Part shown: piece after piece, positions 45,142-53,251 of the stretch | Layout of the letters: every line of letters begins with the position of its first letter | How positions within the stretch are numbered: the stretch's first letter is position 1 | Sequence record: NC_014467.1 | Source: Escherichia phage RB16 | Length of the DNA stretch: 64,000 nucleotides | Reading direction: 5' to 3' (one strand) | Notes under the pieces: generated by a model | What the model was told of the DNA's origin: nothing | The model's database searches: none | Seen by the model: the letters and a program-made list of their open reading frames with translations, nothing else | Program-made: the position numbers and the translations under genes

Positions 45142-45410
45142 AATGATTTCCTCTCAAATTCTTCATCAGATTTCCAGTACACGTTAAAGTTACGGCAATC
45201 ATGATCAGAAGTCAATGTATATTTTTCACTTGTTTTTTCATCGGTGATAACCATCGTTTCATTTTCGATAGAGTCAACACCATACACAAACACTTTATCA
45301 CCGCGCGTATTCAGGAACGCGTCACCTTCTTCAATCAACTGCCAACAGTTCACTGGTAAACCGCCCGTGCTTATCGGACGGCTAACAAGACAGTAAGGGT
45401 GTTTAATCAT
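45138..45410 (-). CDS. hypothetical protein (90 aa)
   Basis: ORF track. Confidence 0.4.
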   Translation of the reverse strand: MIKHPYCLVSRPISTGGLPVNCWQLIEEGDAFLNTRGDKVFVYGVDSIENETMVITDEKTSEKYTLTSDHDCRNFNVYWKSDEEFERKSL

Positions 45411-45601
45411 TTAAATTCTTCCATTGCATAGGAAGTAAGATCTTTGAAATACCTTGCGGTGTTGCCTTCTGGGTTGTTTGTAATCTCCATCAGGATAACA
45501 GCACTATCAACTCCTGCTTTCTTAGCCATGAATGAAAGGGCTTCGGTAGCAATAATCGTTGCTTTCATAACATCAGCTTTAGAAACGTTGATTGTATTCA
45601 T
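45407..45601 (-). CDS. hypothetical protein (64 aa)
   Basis: ORF downstream of promoter cassette. Confidence 0.4.
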   Translation of the reverse strand: MNTINVSKADVMKATIIATEALSFMAKKAGVDSAVILMEITNNPEGNTARYFKDLTSYAMEEFK

Positions 45602-45690
45602 TTTTCTTCCTTTTCATTAATCACTTGGTATGTGTGTATAATACAAAAGCCCTCACGAGAACGCAAGGGCTTTTTATTAAATTCCGTATA
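45602..45690 (-). promoter_or_regulatory. promoter/stem-loop cassette (TTGCGT in hairpin AGCCCTTGCGTTCTCGTGAGGGCT, 17-bp spacer, TATTAT)
   Basis: Read on minus strand. Confidence 0.55.
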
Positions 45691-45774
45691 AATCTGGATT
45701 CACAATAACCGCACATAAAAGATCATCTATATGTGCGGCTTCTTGTTCTAAGGTTTGTTTAGATGAATGTGCTT

Positions 45775-46836
45775 TCAAGCAACCCCCGTAAAGGCGTTTA
45801 CTATCTGGAAATGATCATCGAAGAATTCCCCTTGTCGTTGTACGACCTCATGTAAGGGCATCCAGAACGCCTCTGCTGCATCGTCAGCGCCTCCCATAAT
45901 GCGGGGCAGACTTCCATCATTGTTAGGTTCTAACTTGATGTATTGCGCTACAGTCGGTTTTGAGAAGTGTACGGAACGCTTCGGATGATCAAACAACATC
46001 GAATTGCGAATTGAACCACGGATAACCTTTTCAGGAACCTTGATCCGAACCTCTTCGAGCAATTCACGGATCGCACAATCCAGGAATGTTTCGTTTGCGT
46101 TTTTGTGTCCACCTGGCAGGGCCAACGCGCCTTTACCCGGTGCAAACTTACGACGAATTACCAGAAGGTGATTGTTACACACAACCACGCTATCACCCGT
46201 ACAACAGTTTAACGCGTCGGGGTATGGGTACGCTTTGAACTTCTCCAGTTCATCTTCCCATTTCTCGAACTCGTAGTACAAGCGCCAGAACGTATCGGTC
46301 ATCATCCATCCGTTAAGAGAACCCACGACAGCAGCAGGAACATAACGGGCGATCTTCTCGTCCCATCCATTTTTATGTAAAAATATGGTTGGACGCAGGT
46401 CGGTAGCAGATAAATCTTTGCCGTCAACCTTAACCGGATCAACCGGAACATGAGTCCATCCGAACGCTTTAAGCCAGTACGAATCAGCATCTTTTTCGTA
46501 ACCGTAGATCGCGATGTTATCGCCTTTAGTTTCGTCGATTGCTGTACGAACAGAGGTTTTCCATTTTTCTTCATTGTAAAGGTAATCTGGAATCGGTTTG
46601 AATTGCACACGGGACACATCTTCATATTTGAACTCAGACAGTAACCAGCTTGTAATCATACGTTCCCGTTCGGTTGCTGTTAGCGGGTTTAAAACGTTAG
46701 GGTAAGCATAAGCGGAACCCAGGAGGATATAAACGGCCTTCGACTCTTCAAGTGCTTTACGCACCATTGCCGCATGACCATTATGGAAGGGTTGGAATCT
46801 GCCAATTACGACAGCTTTATCAAATTTGTATTTCAT
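45775..46836 (-). CDS. bifunctional NMN adenylyltransferase / Nudix hydrolase (NadM/NatV-like)
   Basis: N-terminal HxGH motif (GRFQPFHNGH); C-terminal Nudix box (GGHKNANETFLDCAIRELLEEVRI). Confidence 0.8.
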   Translation of the reverse strand: MKYKFDKAVVIGRFQPFHNGHAAMVRKALEESKAVYILLGSAYAYPNVLNPLTATERERMITSWLLSEFKYEDVSRVQFKPIPDYLYNEEKWKTSVRTAIDETKGDNIAIYGYEKDADSYWLKAFGWTHVPVDPVKVDGKDLSATDLRPTIFLHKNGWDEKIARYVPAAVVGSLNGWMMTDTFWRLYYEFEKWEDELEKFKAYPYPDALNCCTGDSVVVCNNHLLVIRRKFAPGKGALALPGGHKNANETFLDCAIRELLEEVRIKVPEKVIRGSIRNSMLFDHPKRSVHFSKPTVAQYIKLEPNNDGSLPRIMGGADDAAEAFWMPLHEVVQRQGEFFDDHFQIVNAFTGVA

Positions 46837-46861
46837 AACGTGCTCCACGTTTAAAGGGTAA

Positions 46862-46960
46862 TCATAAAACAGACGCAATAATCAATACACCAAGCAAACC
46901 GCCAATAAAGCCGAAGAATAGCGAAATGAAGATAGATAAGATGATCTGTTTTATGTTCAT
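46862..46960 (-). CDS. small hydrophobic peptide (32 aa), candidate membrane micro-protein
   Basis: Hand-translated MNIKQIILSIFISLFFGFIGGLLGVLIIASVL between SPFH and NMNAT genes; below ORF-track cut-off. Confidence 0.3.
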   Translation of the reverse strand: MNIKQIILSIFISLFFGFIGGLLGVLIIASVL

Positions 46961-46981
46961 TATAGTATTCTCGTTTTAAGA

Positions 46982-47010
46982 ATCAAGCCCCCAAGGAAAG
47001 GGGGCTTTAA
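46982..47010 (-). terminator. hairpin GCCCCC...GGGGGC
   Basis: Read directly downstream of SPFH gene. Confidence 0.4.
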
Positions 47011-47014
47011 AATC

Positions 47015-47941
47015 TTATTTACGAGAATCGAAAATCACTTTACCAGCGTAATCTGAACCCATGACAGTCTGAGGCACATCACCTTTATAACGGGTAGAGT
47101 AGTTCATCTGTACATCCAGTTCTTTCCAGCGGATCATTTCTGGTGTGATGGTACGTTGCAACACGGCGTTCGCTTCTGCTTCTTTCTTCGCTGCATACAG
47201 TTTAGCGTCTGCATCACGTTCGTTGGCGATCGCATCGTTTTCACGCGCCTGACGATTTGCTTCCGCTTGTTTTACCTGTTGCTGTGAAGTCTGTTCGACT
47301 TTTGCCAGTTCCGCACGAGCGGCGTTAACCTGTTCTTCACGAATTTTCGTGTTAGTTACCTGTTCCATGATAACATCCGGCAGGGTGATATCCTGCAAGA
47401 ATACCTGTTTCACGGTGTAACCGTAAGGACGCGCATACTCTTCGACTTCCTGTTGAATTGCGGTCTGCAACTGGTTCTGGATCTTAGCATCAAACAGATC
47501 CTGTGCTTTTGGAACCGATTTGCCGAACTCGCGAACGGTTGACAGCAGTTTTTCGGTTACATACTTATCCAGTGCCTGTTCCTGGTCTCCCGCGTTGATG
47601 CGGTTGATAGGCGCTTTGTTACCGTCAAATTGCAGCATAACGGTCATATCAACAGTGGATTTAAACTTATCCTGTGAAGGAACCTGCAATTTATCGAACT
47701 TCTTCGCAATGTCTTTCGTGCTGAAAGTATCGAAATCAGCCAGCGGGTTTACGATATGGAAACCAGGCAGTACAGGTTTCGGAGAAACCTTACCCATGAA
47801 GGTCTGAGTTTTGACCGTGCCGTCCTGTACTACTGTAAAGGAGTTCGGAACCAGCCACAGTGCGGCTACTACGCCCAGAGCGATCAGAGTGGTTTTCTTC
47901 GGGTTGTTCAGGATAGTATTCATATTCATAGTATGTCTCAT
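47015..47941 (-). CDS. SPFH/Band-7 (prohibitin/HflK-like) membrane protein
   Basis: N-terminal TM helix, SPFH-like core, Ala/Glu/Gln-rich coiled coil. Confidence 0.65.
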   Translation of the reverse strand: MRHTMNMNTILNNPKKTTLIALGVVAALWLVPNSFTVVQDGTVKTQTFMGKVSPKPVLPGFHIVNPLADFDTFSTKDIAKKFDKLQVPSQDKFKSTVDMTVMLQFDGNKAPINRINAGDQEQALDKYVTEKLLSTVREFGKSVPKAQDLFDAKIQNQLQTAIQQEVEEYARPYGYTVKQVFLQDITLPDVIMEQVTNTKIREEQVNAARAELAKVEQTSQQQVKQAEANRQARENDAIANERDADAKLYAAKKEAEANAVLQRTITPEMIRWKELDVQMNYSTRYKGDVPQTVMGSDYAGKVIFDSRK

Positions 47942-48003
47942 TTAAGTTTATGTTTCAATTCGATAGTTATTCTATCATCACCATTCAGCTTGTCAAATAC
48001 TTT

Positions 48004-48387
48004 TTAAGAAAGTTTTGTCAGCTTGTAAATCGTTTGATAGCACAAGCCTTTTATCTCGTCCATGATGTTCTTCAATGAACTATCAACTGCGTCGTAGATT
48101 TCTTCGGCTTCGGTGGCTATTTTACGGAGATACGCTACCGTGTCAAGCACATTTTCAACTTTTAATACGGGTTTGTACCTTCCGGTAATGCCTATATGGA
48201 TTTCGGTGAACTTATCGACCAGATCCTGCATATCTTCGTAAAACCCTTCATATGCTTTATGCTGTGAGTATGAACCAGTCGCGAAGTGTGCGCTGTGCAT
48301 ATACGTAACAGACATTAGGCAAGTGCCGATAAAGGCATCGATCTTACTTGTGGTATCGCGTTCTGTAATTTCGTTAAACGTCTGCAT
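48004..48387 (-). CDS. hypothetical protein (127 aa)
   Basis: ORF track. Confidence 0.45.
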   Translation of the reverse strand: MQTFNEITERDTTSKIDAFIGTCLMSVTYMHSAHFATGSYSQHKAYEGFYEDMQDLVDKFTEIHIGITGRYKPVLKVENVLDTVAYLRKIATEAEEIYDAVDSSLKNIMDEIKGLCYQTIYKLTKLS

Positions 48388-48397
48388 CTTTCATCCC

Positions 48398-48679
48398 TTA
48401 TGAACGATGAATAGAAGCGAATTCAGTTGCTACCCTAAGCCCTAAGCGTTTGCATTCAGGTTCAGATTTACACTGTTTCTGCTGCCATTTTCGTTCCATA
48501 TAATTATAGAAAAGTTCACTTGTATTTACGCTGGGAGGGATGGTGTCTAGATACACCTGTAGCGCTGCATTGATGTAGTAGTCGAATTCTTTCGGTACGA
48601 CTGAATCATCTGCGTGTGATGCTGGAGACAAGATTAACAAACCAAACATCAGCGCTTTGGATATGCGTTTAATGTTCAT
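48398..48679 (-). CDS. secreted/periplasmic small protein (~93 aa)
   Basis: Signal peptide MNIKRISKALMFGLLILSPASHA; start trimmed to second Met. Confidence 0.5.
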   Translation of the reverse strand: MNIKRISKALMFGLLILSPASHADDSVVPKEFDYYINAALQVYLDTIPPSVNTSELFYNYMERKWQQKQCKSEPECKRLGLRVATEFASIHRS

Positions 48680-48786
48680 AAGCAATTTCTCTACGTGCTT
48701 ACGGATCACCAATAGACCCGTTCCTGTATATATTTATAGCAAAAAAGGGGCAATAAACCCCTTATGTTAAATCAGTATAAAAATAA

Positions 48787-49179
48787 TCAGGTTATGTCAT
48801 ACCAGCATAAGCTACGCTCATATGCGCGGATCTTGTTGGCGTTTTCGATGTTTTCATCCCACCCAATTACACCAGCTTTCATCCGGCGCAATTCCTGACG
48901 CATCTTTTCACGAACTTTTGAATCTATGCGCTTCTTTGCAATTTCGAGCATAACGGAAATGTCACCATGTGCTTTGTTACCGTCGCGGTTCACGTTCTTA
49001 TCAAACCGGATATATGCGCAACCTGATTTGTGTTTCCAATTGGTTGTATACCAACGTAAACCATCAGGGCTTTCCCCGTGTTGTGCATAATACTGTGAAA
49101 ATGTTTTTGTCTCTTCGATCTGTTCGATAGAGGACTTATCACGGGCTGGAACATATTTGTTACGGTAAGTACGGCTCAT
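48787..49179 (-). CDS. hypothetical protein (130 aa)
   Basis: ORF track. Confidence 0.45.
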   Translation of the reverse strand: MSRTYRNKYVPARDKSSIEQIEETKTFSQYYAQHGESPDGLRWYTTNWKHKSGCAYIRFDKNVNRDGNKAHGDISVMLEIAKKRIDSKVREKMRQELRRMKAGVIGWDENIENANKIRAYERSLCWYDIT

Positions 49180-49209
49180 AATGACTCTCCTTTGTTGTCT
49201 GATTACACC

Positions 49210-49794
49210 TTAACAGTTCACACCGACTTTATCAAGCACTTTTTCATGATAATGTTTCCGGCATAACGAAACATATTTGTCTTCGGCTCCGATTTCGACT
49301 TGCGCCCCTTCTGTTACGAAGTTGCATTGTGCGTCGATACGGGCGACCGTAGTTGCTTTACGTCCACAGTGACACATTCCCCGCAGTTCGCGGATCTCGT
49401 CAGCCCATGCAAGCAACCAGTAAGAACCCTCGAACAGATTCAACTGAAAGTCGGTACGCAACCCGTAGCACATCACAGGAATTTCGAGTTCATCGACAAC
49501 ACGACACAGATCGAAAACGTTTTTCTTCGAGAGGAATTGCGCTTCATCAACGAAGATGCAAGAGATATTATTCTGGCGCTGGATATCCCAGAACAGATCC
49601 ATACTTGGTGCAATCAGTTCGCAATTTGCATTTAGCCCTACACGAGAAGAAACGGTGTGCGACGTGCGAGTGTCAAGCATAGGCTTGTAGATCACAACGT
49701 TCATACCGCGTTCTTTGTAGTTGTATGCGTCTGTTAACAGTCGCGCACTTTTACCAGCGTTCATTGATGCGTAGTGATAATACAGTTTAGCCAT
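49210..49794 (-). CDS. tk: thymidine kinase
   Basis: 194 aa; P-loop SMNAGKS; aligns by eye with T4 Tk (VDEAQF, YGLRTDF, CHCG...C..H zinc ribbon). Confidence 0.9.
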   Translation of the reverse strand: MAKLYYHYASMNAGKSARLLTDAYNYKERGMNVVIYKPMLDTRTSHTVSSRVGLNANCELIAPSMDLFWDIQRQNNISCIFVDEAQFLSKKNVFDLCRVVDELEIPVMCYGLRTDFQLNLFEGSYWLLAWADEIRELRGMCHCGRKATTVARIDAQCNFVTEGAQVEIGAEDKYVSLCRKHYHEKVLDKVGVNC

Positions 49795-49999
49795 GTTTAG
49801 CCCGTTCCTCTGCTACCGCATCAAACACCGCGTCTTCAACTTCTTTTTCGACGAATGAAATGATTTCATCAACCATGCGATCGATGTATAATTGATTGAC
49901 ATTGCGCGAATCTGGATCATCTTCTGCTGCATAATCCTGGTAAAGTTCTCCCAGTTCTTTCAGCTTGTGCTTTAACACTTTTTCTTCTTGAACTCTCAT
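49787..49999 (-). CDS. hypothetical acidic protein (70 aa)
   Basis: ORF track. Confidence 0.45.
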   Translation of the reverse strand: MRVQEEKVLKHKLKELGELYQDYAAEDDPDSRNVNQLYIDRMVDEIISFVEKEVEDAVFDAVAEERAKHG

Positions 50000-50091
50000 T
50001 CTTTATTACCCATTTTATAGCCGATCCCAATGACCAGCCCCATCAAAATAACCGCGCTTATCAAAAGCGCGAATTGTAGACCTATGCTCAT
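49996..50091 (-). CDS. small hydrophobic peptide (31 aa)
   Basis: Hand-translated MSIGLQFALLISAVILMGLVIGIGYKMGNKE; ATGA overlaps with both neighbours. Confidence 0.3.
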   Translation of the reverse strand: MSIGLQFALLISAVILMGLVIGIGYKMGNKE

Positions 50092-50231
50092 TTAAATTGA
50101 TCGTCCCATAGTTGCCACGCTTCCAGTTCATCATTGTATTCAGGGAGTGAACGTTCCCCTGGTTTCTTGACGTAATACCAGATAATGATAGCAACGGCGA
50201 TAACAGTACCGTAAAAGATAATTAATCCCAT
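50088..50231 (-). CDS. small membrane protein (47 aa)
   Basis: Hand-translated MGLIIFYGTVIAVAIIIWYYVKKPGERSLPEYNDELEAWQLWDDQFK; overlapping start/stop coupling. Confidence 0.3.
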   Translation of the reverse strand: MGLIIFYGTVIAVAIIIWYYVKKPGERSLPEYNDELEAWQLWDDQFK

Positions 50232-50557
50232 TAGTATAATCCTATTCCGGCGTTATATTCATCCACCAGATAGGTACGCAGTTTTTCGCAGCGTTCCTTA
50301 TTCGGTGCGCGGGTACAGAGTTTCATCATTGGTTCAGACTGCAAAAACTCACGCTGTTTAACCAGCTTCTGACGCTTATACAGGTGCGCATTTTCTTCGC
50401 CCCACACATAAGCCGCGTCGAGTTGTTCCGCGATCACCTGGTAACATACCGCAGTATCTTTAATGTCTCGATGGTCGCAGAGTTCAGACAGACGGTTGTC
50501 ATCAACAGCGAACACGGAACCAGAAACCAAAGTCAGCAACAGCGCAAGTTTTTTCAT
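50231..50557 (-). CDS. periplasmic Cys-containing protein (108 aa), possibly rI-like
   Basis: Signal peptide MKKLALLLTLVSGSVFA; sits upstream of tk as rI does in T4. Confidence 0.45.
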   Translation of the reverse strand: MKKLALLLTLVSGSVFAVDDNRLSELCDHRDIKDTAVCYQVIAEQLDAAYVWGEENAHLYKRQKLVKQREFLQSEPMMKLCTRAPNKERCEKLRTYLVDEYNAGIGLY

Positions 50558-50559
50558 TA

Positions 50560-50961
50560 TTACTCTCCCAGTACGTAAACAAAGCGGTCTTCGATTGAAT
50601 CGTTAACACATTCGTAAATTCCCCCAGCGCGTACAGCTTTACGAATGCCGGATTTTACGATTTCCATGATCTCTTTGTTGCTTCCCCATACATTCAAATT
50701 GAAGTATAGCGCACATTCGATTGGATAGTCTTCTACGTTGCGATACACATCATCACTTTCACATACAAACAGTATGCGCTTTTCTTCTCCATATTCGAAG
50801 TAAATGCTAAACGCGTTCATACTGTTTTTATCAACAGTGATTTGAGTGATTTTAACGTTCGGTTTGCTTTTGAGTTCAGCAAGAACACTCTGAATAATAG
50901 ATAACGCATTCAGTTTAATAAGTCCGCATTTTCCTACAATAACACGATGTGATGTACTCAT
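50560..50961 (-). CDS. hypothetical protein (133 aa)
   Basis: ORF downstream of promoter cassette. Confidence 0.5.
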   Translation of the reverse strand: MSTSHRVIVGKCGLIKLNALSIIQSVLAELKSKPNVKITQITVDKNSMNAFSIYFEYGEEKRILFVCESDDVYRNVEDYPIECALYFNLNVWGSNKEIMEIVKSGIRKAVRAGGIYECVNDSIEDRFVYVLGE

Positions 50962-51028
50962 AATTCAATCCTCAATAGTTGGTACACACATAATAAAAAA
51001 GCCCCTGCAAAAATGCAAGGGCTTTCGA
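50962..51028 (-). promoter_or_regulatory. promoter/stem-loop cassette (TTGCAT in hairpin AGCCCTTGCATTTTTGCAGGGGCT, 17-bp spacer, TATTAT)
   Basis: Read on minus strand. Confidence 0.55.
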
Positions 51029-51388
51029 TTAAATAATTTGCTTTTCTTCTAACAGTTTCGCGGTATGGTTAACCATGCGAGCATAATCACGGGCTTCTTT
51101 CTTCGTATACTTGAAGCCCGCGTTATAGCTTGCCAGCGCCTTTTTCAAGTCGCCTTTGTGGTAATCAAGCCAGTATTCCAGTTCATGAATGGCAAACTTA
51201 GAACCTCCCCGAAGGGATTCGAGCTTATTGATTACTACGCGTTTGGAATATGATTTATCCATCCGTGCGGAAGCACTGTTTACAGTGACTTGCCAACAGC
51301 CATAAGCATGATGACCTTTTTTGCCCTTTCCGGTGTTCTCACATGCGCGAGATTCGATCCAGGCGATAGCCGCTAAATGATATCCCAA
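51029..51388 (-). CDS. lytic transglycosylase (SLT) catalytic domain, possibly the 3' part of a frameshifted gene
   Basis: AIAWIESR...GCWQV...ASYNAGFKY motifs; ORF begins at TTG with no RBS and overlaps upstream ORF. Confidence 0.5.
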   Translation of the reverse strand: MGYHLAAIAWIESRACENTGKGKKGHHAYGCWQVTVNSASARMDKSYSKRVVINKLESLRGGSKFAIHELEYWLDYHKGDLKKALASYNAGFKYTKKEARDYARMVNHTAKLLEEKQII

Positions 51389-51677
51389 ACGTTTCGATTT
51401 TTCTTTTTTCAGCAGGTTTTGCAGTCGTTAGATCATAGTCGTTGCCAACTCTGAAAGCATACTCCAAAACCTTTTTCTGCTTTGGTGTAATTTCGTCCAA
51501 TTCCTTGACATATGCAGGGGCATTGGCTGGTGCTTTCTTGATCACTGTTGCCTGTTGAAGCGGAAGTGTTGACTGAACAGCAGGAAGTTTTTCGATGAAT
51601 TCTCCTAGCGGATCTGTCTTTGCGTGACCAGAAAAAGAGCATAAGAAAATGAAAGGTAGTATCCATTTGAATCTCAT
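51339..51677 (-). CDS. signal-peptide protein, possibly the 5' part of the SLT gene
   Basis: Signal peptide MRFKWILPFIFLCSFSGHA; ends in a poly-A tract where a 1-nt shift joins the SLT frame. Confidence 0.45.
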   Translation of the reverse strand: MRFKWILPFIFLCSFSGHAKTDPLGEFIEKLPAVQSTLPLQQATVIKKAPANAPAYVKELDEITPKQKKVLEYAFRVGNDYDLTTAKPAEKRKIETFGISFSGYRLDRISRM

Positions 51678-52234
51678 GGGCTTTCCTTATTATAAAAAGT
51701 TCCAAAATTTAACAACGCTGATTTTTTATAAGCGTTGCTTGCTTCTTCAGGATCATCAAAAGATCCCAAGTAGGTTGCTTTACCATTAATGGTTATTTGA
51801 GCAATCCACTTTTCATTTATAGTATTCCAAGTAACACCGATAAAACCAGAAGTATTAGTTTTCATCATACTTTTCTTTTGCTGATTTTGAGTATTAGTCA
51901 CTTCTTGCAAGTTGTCAATACCATCACCAAAAGAAACACCTTTCTTATGATCAATCATAACAGGAAGAGTACCTGTAGATACATAATACACGATGCGGTG
52001 TCTTCTAAACTGCTTTCCTTTGAAGTTTATAACGGTATATCCATCTTTCCGCAAGGTTCCTGCAAAAGAACCAACTTTAATTTTTCGGTTAGTTGATTTT
52101 ATCCATACACACGTACCGGAAACAACGTCAACGCTGATATATTCAAGTAATTCATCAATCAGTTGTTTTTCTTCTGATAGTGTACGCTCTCCCCATCCAT
52201 AAGATTTAGTCATGTTTAATACCTTTTGTAACAA
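51674..52234 (-). CDS. HNH-AP2 homing endonuclease (paralog 6)
   Basis: HNH motif (IDHKKGVSFGDGIDNL...NTQNQ) + AP2-like (FIGVTWNTINEKWIAQI). Confidence 0.8.
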   Translation of the reverse strand: MLQKVLNMTKSYGWGERTLSEEKQLIDELLEYISVDVVSGTCVWIKSTNRKIKVGSFAGTLRKDGYTVINFKGKQFRRHRIVYYVSTGTLPVMIDHKKGVSFGDGIDNLQEVTNTQNQQKKSMMKTNTSGFIGVTWNTINEKWIAQITINGKATYLGSFDDPEEASNAYKKSALLNFGTFYNKESP

Positions 52235-52272
52235 GAGAGGGCAATGATACCTTCACCTTATTATTTACGCAA

Positions 52273-52833
52273 CTAAAATTCTGGTTCTTCCGACTCACCC
52301 AGTTTATTGATGATGAATTCAGCAACGTTATAGTTTGAAATCGACTTATTGGGATCGTACAGGGAAACGAGTTCTTCGAAAGATACTTGTACGACTTTCT
52401 TAAAGTGGACACCCCAGTTAGTAAAAAAGATCTCACTATTATCGAAACAACAAACAGGACTGAATAAAGCGCGATACTTATATCCGCTATAACATTCCAG
52501 TCGGCTACTATGGTGTGCGTTACTGGTGATAAGGAAACGCCCCTGATGTGTTTCAACAACATAAAAGAAACCCAGACGTTCTTTATCATCAAATATACTG
52601 ACAAATTTACGATGTGATTCCTCGCGTTCAACACGGGTTTCAATGGCTTTCCATGTTGGTTCGTATTCAGGCCAATCGTGTTCGACAACAACAGCCTTTA
52701 ACGGTTCTTTACCATCACGGGAACGTTGACGTTCAACCCGTCGCGCAATAGCACGTAAACTCAGTTGATCTTCATATTTCAATTTGTCGAAATCAGACAT
52801 TTTGATCACAATATACTTTTGTTCGCGTTCCAT
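52273..52833 (-). CDS. hypothetical protein (186 aa)
   Basis: ORF track; preferred over overlapping 52206..52691 frame. Confidence 0.5.
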   Translation of the reverse strand: MEREQKYIVIKMSDFDKLKYEDQLSLRAIARRVERQRSRDGKEPLKAVVVEHDWPEYEPTWKAIETRVEREESHRKFVSIFDDKERLGFFYVVETHQGRFLITSNAHHSSRLECYSGYKYRALFSPVCCFDNSEIFFTNWGVHFKKVVQVSFEELVSLYDPNKSISNYNVAEFIINKLGESEEPEF

Positions 52834-53009
52834 TATTTCACCACGATTTTATTATGACAGATAGGACAGGTGATCATTCTGTAGGTATCACGACCACCAG
52901 TGTAATCAGTATGCGTTTCTTCGCGAACGTCAGTTGCCACGTAAGAAAGACGCGAATCACATTTACGACAATTTACTTCTTTCGGTTTCATTTCAACAAC
53001 TTGTACCAT
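52833..53009 (-). CDS. zinc-ribbon mini-protein (58 aa)
   Basis: Hand-translated MVQVVEMKPKEVNCRKCDSRL...CPICHNKIVVK; two CxxC pairs. Confidence 0.35.
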   Translation of the reverse strand: MVQVVEMKPKEVNCRKCDSRLSYVATDVREETHTDYTGGRDTYRMITCPICHNKIVVK

Positions 53010-53016
53010 AATAACC

Positions 53017-53214
53017 TCAGTTCAGATTTAAGTTGACTTTACTACCGCACTTAGGGCAGGTAATGAACTTCTTCACGATGTAGTCAGCAGGACTATAAAA
53101 CCCGTTGTAAATGGTTACTGTCTTGCTTTGAATGTCTTCCAGTTCGTATTCTAACCCAGTACGACAGGATTCGCAAACAGTAATTAATTTTGGCGAAACG
53201 ATAATTTTGATCAT
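53017..53214 (-). CDS. zinc-ribbon mini-protein (~65 aa)
   Basis: CESC...CPKC pairs; start trimmed to MIKIIV. Confidence 0.4.
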   Translation of the reverse strand: MIKIIVSPKLITVCESCRTGLEYELEDIQSKTVTIYNGFYSPADYIVKKFITCPKCGSKVNLNLN

Positions 53215-53224
53215 GTATACCTCA

Positions 53225-53250
53225 CGAAAAAAGGGGCCGAAGCCCCTTTG
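53225..53250. terminator. hairpin GGGGC-CGAA-GCCCC flanked by A/T runs
   Basis: Read directly. Confidence 0.45.
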
Positions 53251-53251
53251 A

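Noticed and set aside
52206-52691. ORF 52206..52691 (161 aa)
   Set aside because: Almost entirely overlapped in another frame by 52273..52833, which has more protein-like composition and start/stop coupling with neighbours.
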